Assembly: GCA_002269645.1 (NCBI GenBank)
Contig: NIVC01000066.1
Span: 1-39,796 of the forward strand
DNA from: Macrostomum lignano
Taxonomy: Eukaryota
DNA length: 39,796 nt
Reading direction: 5' to 3'
Of the stretch, positions 1 to 12,417 are shown in pieces (the first letter of the stretch is position 1; every line of letters starts with the position of its first letter). Below the pieces are notes generated by a model. The model saw only the letters and a list, made by a program, of their open reading frames with translations. It had not been told where the DNA came from and searched no databases. The translations under genes were made by a program, and so were the position numbers.

Positions 1-126
1 TAGCGACGTTCGCCAGCCGACTTTTGCGAGACGACGTTCGCCATCAGACGTTTGCCAGCCGACGTTTGCCAGCCGGACATTAGTGTGCGGCAATGGGTTA
101 AAGAATTATGCCCTCTCTAGGCTTAC

Positions 127-3100
127 ATGTACTTGCATTTGAAAACTGCTAAAAAAAGCCCTGGCTGTCCTGGTCCAGATCAGGCGCGCCGTGGGCATCA
201 CCTGGGGGCTCACCCCAGGAAGCTGTGGTGGATTTACACTGCCATAATCCGCCCCTCGATCAGTTACGCCAGCCTCGTGTGGGCCAGCGGTCTGAGCGTC
301 AAGAGCAGCCTCGACGCTCTCTACAAAATCCAGGGCAGAGCCTGCCGCATGACTATGGGCGCTCCACCCTCTACTCCTTTTGAAGGCATGAATTCCTTCC
401 TCTGTGCCCCTCCTCTGGATATTTACATCAAATGATGGGTTTCGACCTTCGGGCTCCTTGTTAGGGGAGCCGTCGGGCCTCAGGCTCAGAAATAAATCAA
501 TTAGAGACCTGGCCCCCACTCCTGTCAGATGGTCAGCCCCATGGTAGCTTGATCGTGTGGCGAGCAGTCTAGGTCCTATAGCTAAGAGAGGGACAGCGAG
601 AGACGAGCAGGGAGAATTTTGAAAGTAGAAATTAGCTAATCCGTAGATCAACTAACTTGCTGCCACCAGCCCGTGCGCCCTGGCTCACCACACCGGGACT
701 CTCGAAATCGGGCTTCCGACTAGAAGGGGCTTTGCACTTACCTGCCAACTAGTGTCTTTTTGCTGTCAATCTCGAAGTCATAGCCGATGATAAGGGACAC
801 TGCTGGGACTAGATCGCATTGGCCATGCAGGTACAGAGGGGACTTGTGCATGGGATTCTTGCGGGGGCGAGACTATGGGGTAGCTACATGTACTATTACA
901 TTGCTAAATACGAAGATATGTACTTTTGGCCTTCAACGCGCCAACTAGCCTCTCATAGCGCTGATGATAGACTAACTCGAACTTCAGAGACCACATGATT
1001 CATTTACCCGAGCCGCTTGGCTACCCTAGAGTGCACAAAGTACATCTCTGGCGCCGATTCTGCACTTCTGGCAGTTTTGCTCACTAATTTGATAGATTGG
1101 TCGACTGAGAACTGCCTTGCCATTGGTCCACTGTGACCGGCGCCTACTAGCTTAGCTACTCATCTGAGCCATCGGCGAACAAAGAAATAAAACCGATAAA
1201 AATAACTGTTAGATCTAACCTTCTCCTTAGTTCACTTCACACTTCAGATTTAATTGGAGTCTTAGACTACTAGCAGTATTATTAAATGATTTCTGCCTCA
1301 GCAACAGCACTACTGAACAAAATGAGCAAAAGTGTGCGCCTAATTCAGCTACTGCAACAGGGGACAGATAAGGGATCACCCAATCAAGCAAGTCTAGGTA
1401 GCCTCTCACCCAAACAATCAGAAACTCAACAGCCGGAGACCAGGCAATCCACAGTGACCGAATCGGCTTGATGCTTCGCAGCTGTAGACTCGGGATGATG
1501 CTGTCACGATCTTCGCTGATAGCTAGCAGGTGATGATCTTTGCTTGATGTTCGCTGCTGTCGACCGGGGGACTCGTCCTTGATGATGATGGGGGAAGTCG
1601 CAATCCGGGGATCAAGAAACGACGGTCGTGCTCCGGGAACCAGAAGTTGCGCGCTGGGCCCGAGCCAAAGTTGAGTCCGAGCGGGCCAAAAACTCCGGTT
1701 TAAATAGCCGCCAACTGGACCGCAGTTTGTTATAATGGAACACGTCGATTCTGATTGGCTGAGCCGTTTTGTTAAAATGAGCGCCGAATTTTCTGATTGG
1801 CTAAGCTTGTTGCTACCCAGAATCACGTGACCGAGAGATCCTATCAGTTCCCACAGGGTCGTAAAAAGATGACAGGTGCGGCCATAAATCACTCAAAATC
1901 GCAACAAAATGATTTATGACTTTTCGCGTAGGATTGACAGAAATTAACGAAAAAATATACATTAGAAAGCTCTTATTAAATAGAAAGTGAAGATAATGAA
2001 GAGAAATCGCTAATCGCTAATCCCAAGGTACTTTTAGGGGTAAAACGCATAGCTGTCAAAGCTGTCACACGCTTGAGTGAACACGAACAATAGGCTCTGA
2101 CCTCATAAATCTTGATGGCCTGTCAAAATGATGAGAAAAAAAAGCTACCGCCCGCATCCTCTCAGACCATCTGGCGCCCACCTCAACACTGAGTGAGGCG
2201 CAGGTGGCTGTCAGACCAGCTTCGCAAGCGATGATTTATGACCCAAAAAGCTGCGCCTATGTTATTATGACTACTAGTATGGCCAGACATTATATCTAGT
2301 ATAGATTCTATGAAAATTCGCAGAAAAAGGATAAAAATGCCCATTGCCCACTGTTAGTAGGCAAGTAAGTTCAGAGCCCATGTGCTAGCGCGGGATTTGG
2401 GAAAAAGTGCGTCCTCATCACAAAGTAGAGACGGCGAAGAGCACTTGGCGTCTTCTGGATGCTGGGGTGGCCTTCAAGAAAGTGCGGGCCTTTAAGAAGC
2501 GGTCGCTTATCACGCACTCTGACCTCTGCCTCAAGACTCTCGAGGAGTGTGGCGGGCTCAACATCCTTACGGACTCGATCCCAGCCACCCTTCTCCTCCC
2601 AGCCGATCCCAGACAAAGGTATATGGTCACTATTCAGCCTCGACACGAGGCAAGTGACAGCTGGAGCGATTCTGAAGTCCACTGTTACACTGACGGCTCT
2701 ATGAGGCATGGTCTTTTAGGCTTCGGAGCTTGCGTCTTCTTCAAGGGAGAAGTGGTGTGGAGCTACTCCCAGCACACTGGGCTCAACTGCAGTGTTTTTC
2801 AGAGCGAGGTGCTTGCCATCAGCTCCTGCGCGGCAGAGCTGCGCCAAAGGCAGCTTCTTTCAGGGCCAAGTACCCGAGGAGCGGTGCCCCTTCTGCCGCT
2901 CAGGCAGTGAAAACGCCGAGCACTTTATATCTGTCACTGCCCGGTTTTCACCAGGGCCAGGCTTACTCACCTCGGGCCAAACCCCGTTCCCTCCGACGTT
3001 TGCAGGCCCGAGAGCATCCCGCTGCTTGCCTGGTACCTCAGGGACACGGGACGAGCTTATTTCTTCCCCACCGCCGGTGAGAAGGACCGCGCTGCAGGCG

Positions 3101-3234
3101 AGACCGACGGGTCCCCTGAGCGACGTCACTTCGATGGAAGTCATTGGTCGCCAGGGGCTAGCGGAATCGCGGTCTCCTCCGCCTCCTCGCTGCATCCGCC
3201 GGATGCCCCCTGCAGCTAAATCAAGTTAAGTCAA
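127..3234 (+). mobile_element. 5'-truncated, internally deleted non-LTR retrotransposon (LOA/R1-like ORF2: RT C-terminus, RNase H N-half, C-terminal Zn knuckle, 3' end), interrupted by the 433-2420 insertion
   Basis: WWIYTAIIRPSISYASLVW and QGRACRMTMGAPPSTP (post-RT region), CYTDGS and SVFQSEVLAI (RNase H), CPFC...E.AEHF (Zn knuckle). Removing 433-2424 rejoins LDIYIK-VETAKSTWRLLDAG in frame. Ends CCCCCTGCAGCTAAATCAAGTTAAG. Confidence 0.85.
433..2420 (-). mobile_element. Probable solo LTR (1988 bp) of an LTR retrotransposon
   Basis: Starts TGATGGG, ends CTCATCA (TG...CA, 6/7 terminal inverted match). CAAA duplicated at 429-432 and 2421-2424. Minus strand has two AGCCAATCAG boxes (~1750-1805) and TATTTAAA (~1699-1706). 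No recognisable protein. Confidence 0.7.
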
Positions 3235-3715
3235 CCTCCCTGGCGATCAATTCACTTCTTGAAATCGGTCGCGCAGCGCCCGGATGTCGCTAGTGTACAT
3301 GTATGTGTACGTGTAGAACTCAGAACTCTGCCGATTGATTCTCCAGCCACTGGTTGGCAAGGTTCCTAGAGACTTAGCTCTTCGTTAGACTCGAAATGGG
3401 GCCCACGGAGCAGCCGCTTATTTGCATGCAAAAGTTGACAGAGCAGCTTACATGTAATTATAAAGTTGGAGGGTGCCAGGTCTGGTGAATTGGCCAGGGC
3501 CGCGTCGCCATGGATTTTATGGTGGGGGGACAAAGCCGGGAATTCTACATGTACATGTACATGACTGAATTCGTACACGTACATTTTTTTTCAGAATCGG
3601 TGTTCTCATCGCTCATTTTGGCGCCGCAGGCATTTAGCAACAGTAAAAGGTATCAAAGCAACCGGTGTAACCAAAAGTGTCCGAACTACATGTATCTACT
3701 AGCAGCATCAAAGCG

Positions 3716-4886
3716 TGGCATAGCTGCTGAGGCTGGACCTGGAGCTGCGGTCTCAGGTTCTCTGAGTCTAAAACCGTGGCTATTATGTTCACCAGTCGCC
3801 GAAACTGGAGGATCGAACCGCTCTCCCTCTATGGCAAACCCGTTGCCATGGAAAAACAAACCAGATGTCTGGGCATCACCCTCTCGACCACAGGTTGAAC
3901 TGGACTCCACACGTCCAAACCAAAGCCCGCAAAGCTCTCGCGATTCTCGCGCAGATCTGCAGAGCTTTTGGCGCTACCTGGGGCCTCACACCCCGTCGCC
4001 TCTGGTGGATTTACTCTGTCATCGTGAAACCGGCCATCTCCTTCGCCGGCTTCATTTGGAACAGTTCCCTAGAGGTGAAAGGGGTTCTCGATGCTCTTAA
4101 CAGGGTGCAAGGCCGCGCTTGTCGAACTATCATGAGCACGGATCCCTCTACACCCTGTGCTGGTATGAACTCCTTCCTGGACATCCCCCTTAACCTCTTT
4201 GTCAGAGGGCAGGCAAAGAAGACCAACCCGACCCGCCGTCTGCTTGACGCGGGTGTCCCCATCCAGAAGCAGTTCGCCTTCAAAAAGCAGAACCTCTGGC
4301 CGCACGAGACCTGGAAGCAGTAGGAAGCATGCTGACCCTCTCGGACGGAATCCCGCCCACGCTTTGCCCTCCGCTGAAATTCAAAACCAGCATTCCACCA
4401 CGCCATGAGGCTAGGGACAACCGGAAACCCCGTGAAATCAACTGCTTCACTGACGGGTCCCAAATCAACTCCGCCTCTGGCTACGGCTACTGCTTCGTGT
4501 CCATTCTGGAGGGAGAACTGTTGTGGCCTTCTTCCCAGCACACCGGCACCTGCTCCACCGATTTCCAGAACGAAGTTCTCGCCATCAGCTCCTGCGCCAT
4601 CAGCGCGTCTGGGGGAAGGAGATGATCTTCCACTCGGTCAAGCGGCGATCCACGCCCTTGAGCGCACACCATCACCTGCTCTCGTACAGTCCTCGACTGC
4701 ATCAGGCAGCTCAACCGCTTAGTCGCATCTAACAAGGTGTCCCTATCCCCGGGCACTCGGGCCACCCTGGCAACGAGCTGGCCCATCGCCTGACCAAGGC
4801 TGGCTCGACAGGTTCCTTTACTGGTCCCCTTGCCCGTGGCCCCCTCCCCCAGATGCACGGAGCCCCCTGCAGCTAAGTCTAAGTAA
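3716..4886 (+). mobile_element. Second degenerate copy of the same LINE family (end of RT, RNase H, deletion, 3' end)
   Basis: Across frameshifts: RFSESKTVAIMFT, CLGIT(L)DHRLNWTPHV, WGLTPRRLWWIYSVIVKPAI, CFTDGS, QNEVLAISSCA, PGH...GNELA-like segment. Same CCCCCTGCAGCTAA 3' motif at 4863-4876. Confidence 0.85.
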
Positions 4887-5079
4887 AAAATTCCCTCTAA
4901 GATGTACATGTTACACCACGGGAGAGCTCTAATCGGACTCATCTTCACTTCCCCATCCCCATGCCGCTTCGAATCCATCTTGGAGGAAAGACATTAATCT
5001 AGGAGGAAAATTCTCTTTTAGAAATTTATTTATGCATGCGAATAACAGTGAAAAAGTTGGACTAAAAACGGTTTTTGAC

Positions 5080-5275
5080 GCTGAGACATGCGTCGAGAAT
5101 GATTGATAAAAGTTTCAGAGCAATTGATTGAAGCATTGAGACGCAGCGATAAATCAAACTTTTTGTTGATCAACGATCTTCAACCAAGATCAACCAAAAC
5201 TTTGATTTATCGCTGCGTCTCTATGCTTCAATCATTTGCTCTGAAACTTTTATCAATTCTTGACGCTGTCTCAGC
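5080..5275. repeat. Long foldback inverted repeat (MITE-like or hairpin RNA)
   Basis: 5103-5171 is the reverse complement of 5188-5256 with about 4 mismatches and a 16-nt loop; pairing extends imperfectly to 5080/5275. Confidence 0.85.
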
Positions 5276-5892
5276 TTTGCAATGACATCTTAGACACATG
5301 GTTGCCTTTTGTATTTTTCGAGATATTCGCTTCCAAAATGTGTTTGTAAGGGGTGCCAAATGAATTCGTCTTTCGACATAATTTGCATTCGTGCCGATGT
5401 TTTTTCCTTTGGGACAGAAAATTTCTGCTCACAAATTTTTAAACCTGAATATGGCGTCAGAATAAGGAATATATCCCGAAACATGAATTCATTTTTTGTT
5501 TGAACTATCTGTTCGAAGGAAAAAATATCTGTCGGGAGAATATTGAGGCTTTTCATATTACCAATTCCAGAAACAGAACCGGTTCGGATCTTCCAAGAAA
5601 AACAGCAGTATAACTATTTAATTCTGTTGAATGTTTGACTGCCTTAACAGCCTCACTTTGCACGATTTTTCACTTTCTTCTTGGCGATTATCATTCAATA
5701 ATAAAAACTTTATAGCACGTATCTCCCTCGACCCTCTAGTTATGGAGACAAAAAGTTATACTTCACAAATTGCTTCTGGTTCTGGAACCAGAACAAGCAA
5801 TATGAAAAGGCCCTATCTGTCGGGGAGAAGAACCCACACATAGGGGCCTATCACAGCCTTAGCAACTTTAGGCCTACTGGCGATCCTGAAGA

Positions 5893-5975
5893 TTCCCGCG
5901 TTTAATTATTTTACGGAATTATTTCGCCCTCTATTCAAGGGTGGTGGGGGGTGGGGTTATAATTAAACGCGGGAA
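5893..5975. repeat. Small element bounded by 17-bp perfect inverted repeats
   Basis: TTCCCGCGTTTAATTAT (5893-5909) and ATAATTAAACGCGGGAA (5959-5975). Confidence 0.7.
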
Positions 5976-8900
5976 AGTTAATGATCGCCGGCCTACTTTT
6001 TTATTTTTTTTTGATATTTTTTGTTTTTATTTTTGTATAATGTAACAAAGAGAATATTATTTTTTGAAATAAAAAACTATGTAAAATTATATTATTTTGC
6101 TAATTTTTATGCTAGATTCATAGATGGTTGACAGTTTGACCTTTTCTCCCCTTGGCCTCTCAGTCCATTGTACTAGGCCTAGGTCTAAGCCTAGTATAAG
6201 TCCTAGAGAAAGAATAACACATTTTATATAAACCATGCAAAGTTAATGTTCTTGGTGTTATTCTGTAGATTTCTCTTTTTTTTATATTCTAAAGGCCTAT
6301 TGGGAGAATAGAATTTTTTTTACCAATTTAGGCCTAATTTCATTGATAGGCCTATATAATATAGTATACTAAATAAAATATCTTGAAAATTCTGTATAAT
6401 TATAAATTTTATCTTAAATATTTCTATTTATATAGCATTAGCCGTAGGTGTTACAATTTCTATGTTTCTGTTATAGGGCTACTTTTCTAATTCCTATTAT
6501 TGAATGTCCTAAAGCTGCCACCAAAGTTGTCCTAGGGTTATTTCTTCTTATTAATCTTACTGGTTATTACTTGCCTTTTACTAGTAGCACATGTACCGAT
6601 GTATATCTATTGGTAGTGTATCTGTGTATGTACTTTTATTGGTAGCATCTGTACTTCTATTGGTAGTGTATGTACTTCTACTAGTAGCATGTGTACTTCT
6701 ATTGTACTTTCTGGCCTGAGCAGTCTTTTAGGCACTGTCTATCCTATTCCTATACCCTTCTAAAGATATTATTCTCTCAGTCCTGGGCATTCCTGGGATC
6801 AGAGGGTCACAGCTTACTTGCTGGGTATTCTGCCCTGAGGCGGGTTTCTTAGACTCTGAGTCTGGACTTCTCTACCTTGTGGTAGAATTTCTGCTTTCTA
6901 AAGGCGAATTCTCAGATTCTAGATCTGGATTTCTTGTTCTTCTAAGAACGGTTTGAACTCTCCCAATTTTGGGGCTTCTTAATGCTTTTACCTAAATAAC
7001 TAAATCAATAAGTATTGAATAAGGCTTCAATTTCAAGATACTAGAACAATTTCAAGCTTAAAGCAAGAGGACAGACAAGGTAAACTGAAACAAAAATGAA
7101 GACGAAAATGATTCATTTTTCTTGGCATCCAGCAGGCTCCCTTTTATAGTAAAGTTTTGTGATACAGTTTATAACAAATGATAATATTCAAAATATACAG
7201 AATATTTTGCTTATGGAAAATGTTTATAATTTTTGTACAGTATAACAATAGTAGTACTTTCAAAATGCACAATTCCTAGAAACTAATGGCATAAAAATGA
7301 GGCCTATTACATTTTTTATAACTCATTAAGATAGCCTATCTTAATTCTTATCTTTCTTTCAATTCAGAGAGATAAATAGGCCTATTTATTCTCAATATAA
7401 ATGAAAAGAGCTATTTAATTCCCATGGCCATGGTTTAAGATTCTAGGTCTATACTTATATAGTATAAATAATAAATACTAGGCCTATGTTCTAAATCATA
7501 TAGTGTGTATATGCCAAAAAAATTGGGCATGCATTGGCCTTGCATGCTAAAAGTAGGCTAAGCATACACAGTTGGTATGCATCACTCAAAAGAAAATAGT
7601 ATGCATGCATACCTGGTGTGCACTTTATAGAATCACGTAGAAGAGTTAGTGTTAAGTAGAAAAAAGATGCAAAAAGTTTCTTTTTAAGTTCAATTTCAAG
7701 CTTTCAAGCTTTTAAGCTTATATTAAAGTATTTAAACAAATCTTTGCATGTATCAATTTTCTACTATAAATAGTATCCTTGAAAAACTATAAAAATCAAC
7801 CAAATTATCTGCCAAAAAGGTTTTTATACAATTCAAAAACTTATTTAGTGTCACAACACTGACATAATTTTCAGAATAGGCAGGCAAGCAATTTTTTGGC
7901 ATACATTTATAATTATTCAATTTTTGTTTAGGCATGCACCTAGCATAATCTGGACTATGGGATAGATATAACCTTAGCCATTCTTGTTTCTTATACAATA
8001 TATAAATTAGATATTGTTAATAAGTGATAGGTTAAACTATTATTGTTATTCTTTATTCTCCCATTATATTATAGTAAATAATGAAGAAACTATTGGTATT
8101 ATTATAGTACTATAGGGCAAGTTTTAGGAAATTAATTAGCTTTAGATATAGATTTGCTATAGGAAAATTAGATATAGCTATAGATATAGATGTCAGTAAT
8201 TTTTGCATTTGTAACTCTAAGTGACCTTCATGAAATTTTCATATTGTAGGATTCTATCAAAATCTAAGATAAATTTTTAACCTTTACTTGTTGCAATATT
8301 ACTAATGTTTTTACTCAGGAAACATGTCTATAAATAGACTAATAAAATAACAAAATCTTATCTATAAAACATTTTTGCTTTCAGATATAAGACAATAAAG
8401 GTGGACACTAAAGACAATATGACATTAAAGGTTGTGGCACTTTTGTTTGTGCCATTAAGTAAAAGGACTTTGTAGTATATGATCATACAGTATGATTGTA
8501 AATTGTTAAATATTGGATTTTGTTTATGGCTGTATATAAATACTGTATTAATCATATTAAAATCCCAATTTTGTTTTTTTAATAATATAATTTTATTGAA
8601 GGTTCCAATTTTTGGTTTAAACTATTTGTTTCTTAGCTGTGGTATTTTCTGAGCTTATTTATTCAAAATTAGTTTTTTGTATATATAATTTGTTTAATAT
8701 TATCAGTGTCCAAATACTTTTTTCTATTCATTTTTAGAAAAAAAGTAAGGTTTTTGTTTAAAATGTTTTTTTTGCAATAATTGTCTGTACAAATCCTTGT
8801 TCAATTTTTTTCTGCTGAACACATTTATGTAGGCATATGTTTGCTGTTGTGTACTTTGTTGTTGAAATCTCTTCTGTGATTCAAGATTCTTTCCTTTTTT

Positions 8901-9109
8901 AACTGATAAATTTAGTGCATGGTGTCCTTGTTTTTAGATTTTGTTCATAATCTAATTGTTTGTTAATACATGCTAACAGGGATCTGTTGGTCAGTCTGGC
9001 TGCATTGACATTCCACCTTGAGATTAGAATTGGATTTTTATCACTCTGGTTATACAGTCGCCCTAGTAAAAATTATCATCCCTAGTTGCTGGGCCACCAC
9101 CACCCACCT

Positions 9110-10228
9110 ATATCCTCAGTTGCTGGGCCAGCCTCCCAGAACCTCAGTTGCTAAGCCAGCCTCCCAGATCCTCAGTTGCTGGGCCAGCCTCCCAGATCCT
9201 CAGTCGCTGATACAGCCTCTCAGATCCTCAGTTGCTGAGCCAGCCTCCCAGATCCTCAGTCGCTGAGCCAGCCTCCCAGATCCTCAGTTGCTAAACCAGC
9301 CTCCCAGATCCTCAGTTGCTGGGCCAGCCTCCCAGATCCTCAGTCGCTGATACAGCCTCCCAGATCCTCAGTTGCTGAGCCAGCCTCCCAGATCCTCAGT
9401 CGCTGAGCCAGCCTCCCAGATCCTCAGTTGCTAGGCCAGCCTCCCAGATCCTCAGTTGCTATGCCAGCCTCCCAGATCCTCAGTTGCTAGGCCAGCCTCC
9501 CAGATCCTCAGTTTCTCAGTTGTTGGGACAGCCTCCCAGATCCTCAGGTTCTTAGTTGTTGGGCCAGCCTCCCAGATCCTCAGTCGCTGAGCCAGCCTCC
9601 CAGATCCTCAGTTGCTAGGCCAGCCTCCCAGATCCTCAGTCGCTGAGCCAGCCTCCCAGATCCTCAGTTCTTGGCCAGCCTCCCAGATCCTCAGTTTCTT
9701 AGTTGTTGGGCCAGCCTCCCAGATCCTCAGTTGCTAAGCCAGCCTCTATGATCCTCAGTCGCTGAGCCAGCCTCCCAGATCCTCAGTCGCTGAGCCAGCC
9801 TCCCAGATCCTCAGTTGCTAGGCCAACCTCCCAGATCCTCAGTCGCTGAGCCAGCCTCCCAGATCCTCAGTTCTTGGCCAGCCTCCCAGATCCTCAGTTG
9901 CTATGCCAGCCTCCTAGATCCTCAGTTGCTAGGCCAGCCTCCCAGATCCTCAGTTTCTCAGTTGTTGGGCCAGCCTCCCAGATCCTCAGTCGCTGAGCCA
10001 GCCTCCCAGATCCTCAGTTGCTAGGCCAGCCTCCCAGATCCTCAGTCGCTGAGCCAGCCTCCCAGATCCTCAGTTCTTGGCCAGCCTCCCAGATCCTCAG
10101 TTTCTTAGTTGTTGGGCCAGCCTCCCAGATCCTCAGTTGCTAAGCCAGCCTCTATGATCCTCAGTCGCTGAGCCAGCCTCCCAGATCCTCAGTCACTGAG
10201 CCAGCCTCCCAGATCCTCAGTCGCTGAG
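9110..10228. repeat. 28-bp minisatellite, roughly 39 units, with variant units
   Basis: Unit CAGCCTCCCAGATCCTCAGTTGCTGGGC with variants (TCGCTGAGC, TTGCTAGGC, longer TTTCTCAGTTGTTGGG). Confidence 0.95.
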
Positions 10229-12417
10229 CACTTCCAACTGTACAGACCCCTGGATGTTTAGCCGGTACTCAGATAGATCCTCAGGCTGCAACAACGCCCC
10301 TAATCAGCATTTATTCCCTTAGAAGCAGCAAAATGCACGCCAACTGTGCTGTCAGATTCCGCTGTACTCAAGAGGCCCTGTGTAGGCAGCTCATTTGTAC
10401 ATAAATGCAAATGTTTTCTTGCTGTGTACCTGGATTGATTTTGTTTATCAGACCAAGTATTGTAACCGAAGATGAAGAATATAATGATTATAGAGTTTCT
10501 GCGTTGTTTAAACTTACACAGATTTTTTTCACGTCCTTTTGCGTCAATTTTTATGCAGATATGGTTTTTAAAATGTTATTGTTATACTCAATAAAAAAGT
10601 TAAAATAATTTTTTTTTCTCTATTAAGATTGAAATTTTGACTTTCAAAATAGTTTTTTTGTGCAATTTTTTCTCTGCTGGAAAAGCCACAAGGTACTTTA
10701 AAATGACTGAAGAAAATTGCACAAGATCACTTGTTTGGTTCGTGTAAGGCAAAATACAGTTTAAGTTAAGTGAAAGGTTAGTCATTGTATTGTGTATTAT
10801 AAGCATCATTTTAATAGCCAAATGAAGAGGATTAATTATTAAATATAAAAGTGTTTCCCACTATTACACTAGTGTTAATGCTCTTTATAACAAGTATTCA
10901 ATCAAGGTTACAGAGCAGTGTTGAAGTGTGTTGAAACAGCAAATCTTGAGACAGTTTCACATGAAAGACCAATATCTTGTGTGTGTGCACGATTTAGAAC
11001 TTAGTAAATAAAAACTTGGGCGTTTAGCATAAGAGTAAAACAAATAATAAAGCAGCAAGACTCATGAGAAAAGGTAGTCATTTCGATGCAAAAGTACATG
11101 CACCCAGAAAATTGCTTAGTGAGCTACACAGCTTTTCATAAATAAAAAGGGTTCCATTGTAATATTAATTGTCGTTAATGATGCTGAATGGTCTTAATGA
11201 AAGTGCAAAACATTTTTTAGTTTAGCCATCTCATTTTTTACACGGGGTCTAATTAAAACAAACAACGTTAACTTAAGTTGTAAATATCTTTGTTTTCATG
11301 TTTTGTATGTGCTAGTTTTTCTTACTCTTAATATTAAGAAAAGTTATCTTAATTTATAAATTTATTTCCATCCATCTATCTATCTTGCTAATTTTGTTTA
11401 CATTTTCACCATAATTCTTGTTTCGTGTCAAGAAGACATTTTCACCTACGTGTACAATACAACGCGTGTAGCACCAATGAAAACACAGCGTTGAATCAGC
11501 GAAACATGTAATAATGTCGTTTAGACTGCAAAAACGCGTTTCATTGGCGCAGAAGTGTAACTATTAGCATGACTATAATTGGTGCTAGTGTAGTCATATA
11601 AACTAAAAGAGGTACGAATACAGTACTTACATGCAATTTGAAAACGGAAAATACCAAACACACACAAATCTGTTGCGGCTACTATCTAGTATATGCACTC
11701 TTAAAGCATATTACAGCTTGGTCACTTGGATATAATTTGTGTGTCTTCACATTTATAAGAAGAGAAAAAGCACATTCTGTCAAACTTATTCACGCAAGAC
11801 ATTGGCCGCTAAGCAACAGCTGTATTGGTTGGAAGGATTGACTGCACAGCATTTTCGGATAGCTGCTAAATGGAGGATCACTTGGGTGGCCGTTTTTTAT
11901 TATTCTATCCTCAGTTTAACGTTTCACATGTACATCAAAAGGCACTTAATTAATGCCACAGGTACATTTTGTACACATGTAGCTCGTATACTCAAATACG
12001 GCGCCTATGGCTGGCCTCAACCCTTTTGCATCCCCCATACTTGCTGCTATACGGGAGCATAGGAATACACAATTCGCTTAGGGACTCTGTGTCCGACCCC
12101 GCCGCCGCTGCCCGCAGCGCCGCTGTTCCGTGGTCGATAGGTGGCAAAGTCAGCTGCAGAGGACCTTGAAGTGTGTCTCCTGTTGTGCGATCTGGGCTGG
12201 TGAATTTTCTCCATTTTGAACGAATTGCAGCTGGTGTAACCGCCGTACGGAGAGGTCGCCTCGTACTGATCTCGCGAACGGTGGCTCCAGAAGTAGTCTT
12301 CGTAGTCCAACCGATTGGCTTGGCAGTCCGTGAACTCGTCTGGAATTGGTTGCGATTGTTTTTATTTGAATCAGTATTCAAATGGCTCTATACTGTACTG
12401 GGCACACTTGACACAGA

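Noticed and set aside
7700-9000. Highly decayed CR1/L2-like LINE on the minus strand
   Set aside because: Only faint hints such as S*ITEEI near 8870-8890; cannot be supported without a translated HMM search.
9018-10024. ORFs in the 28-bp minisatellite
   Set aside because: Translations simply mirror the repeat unit.
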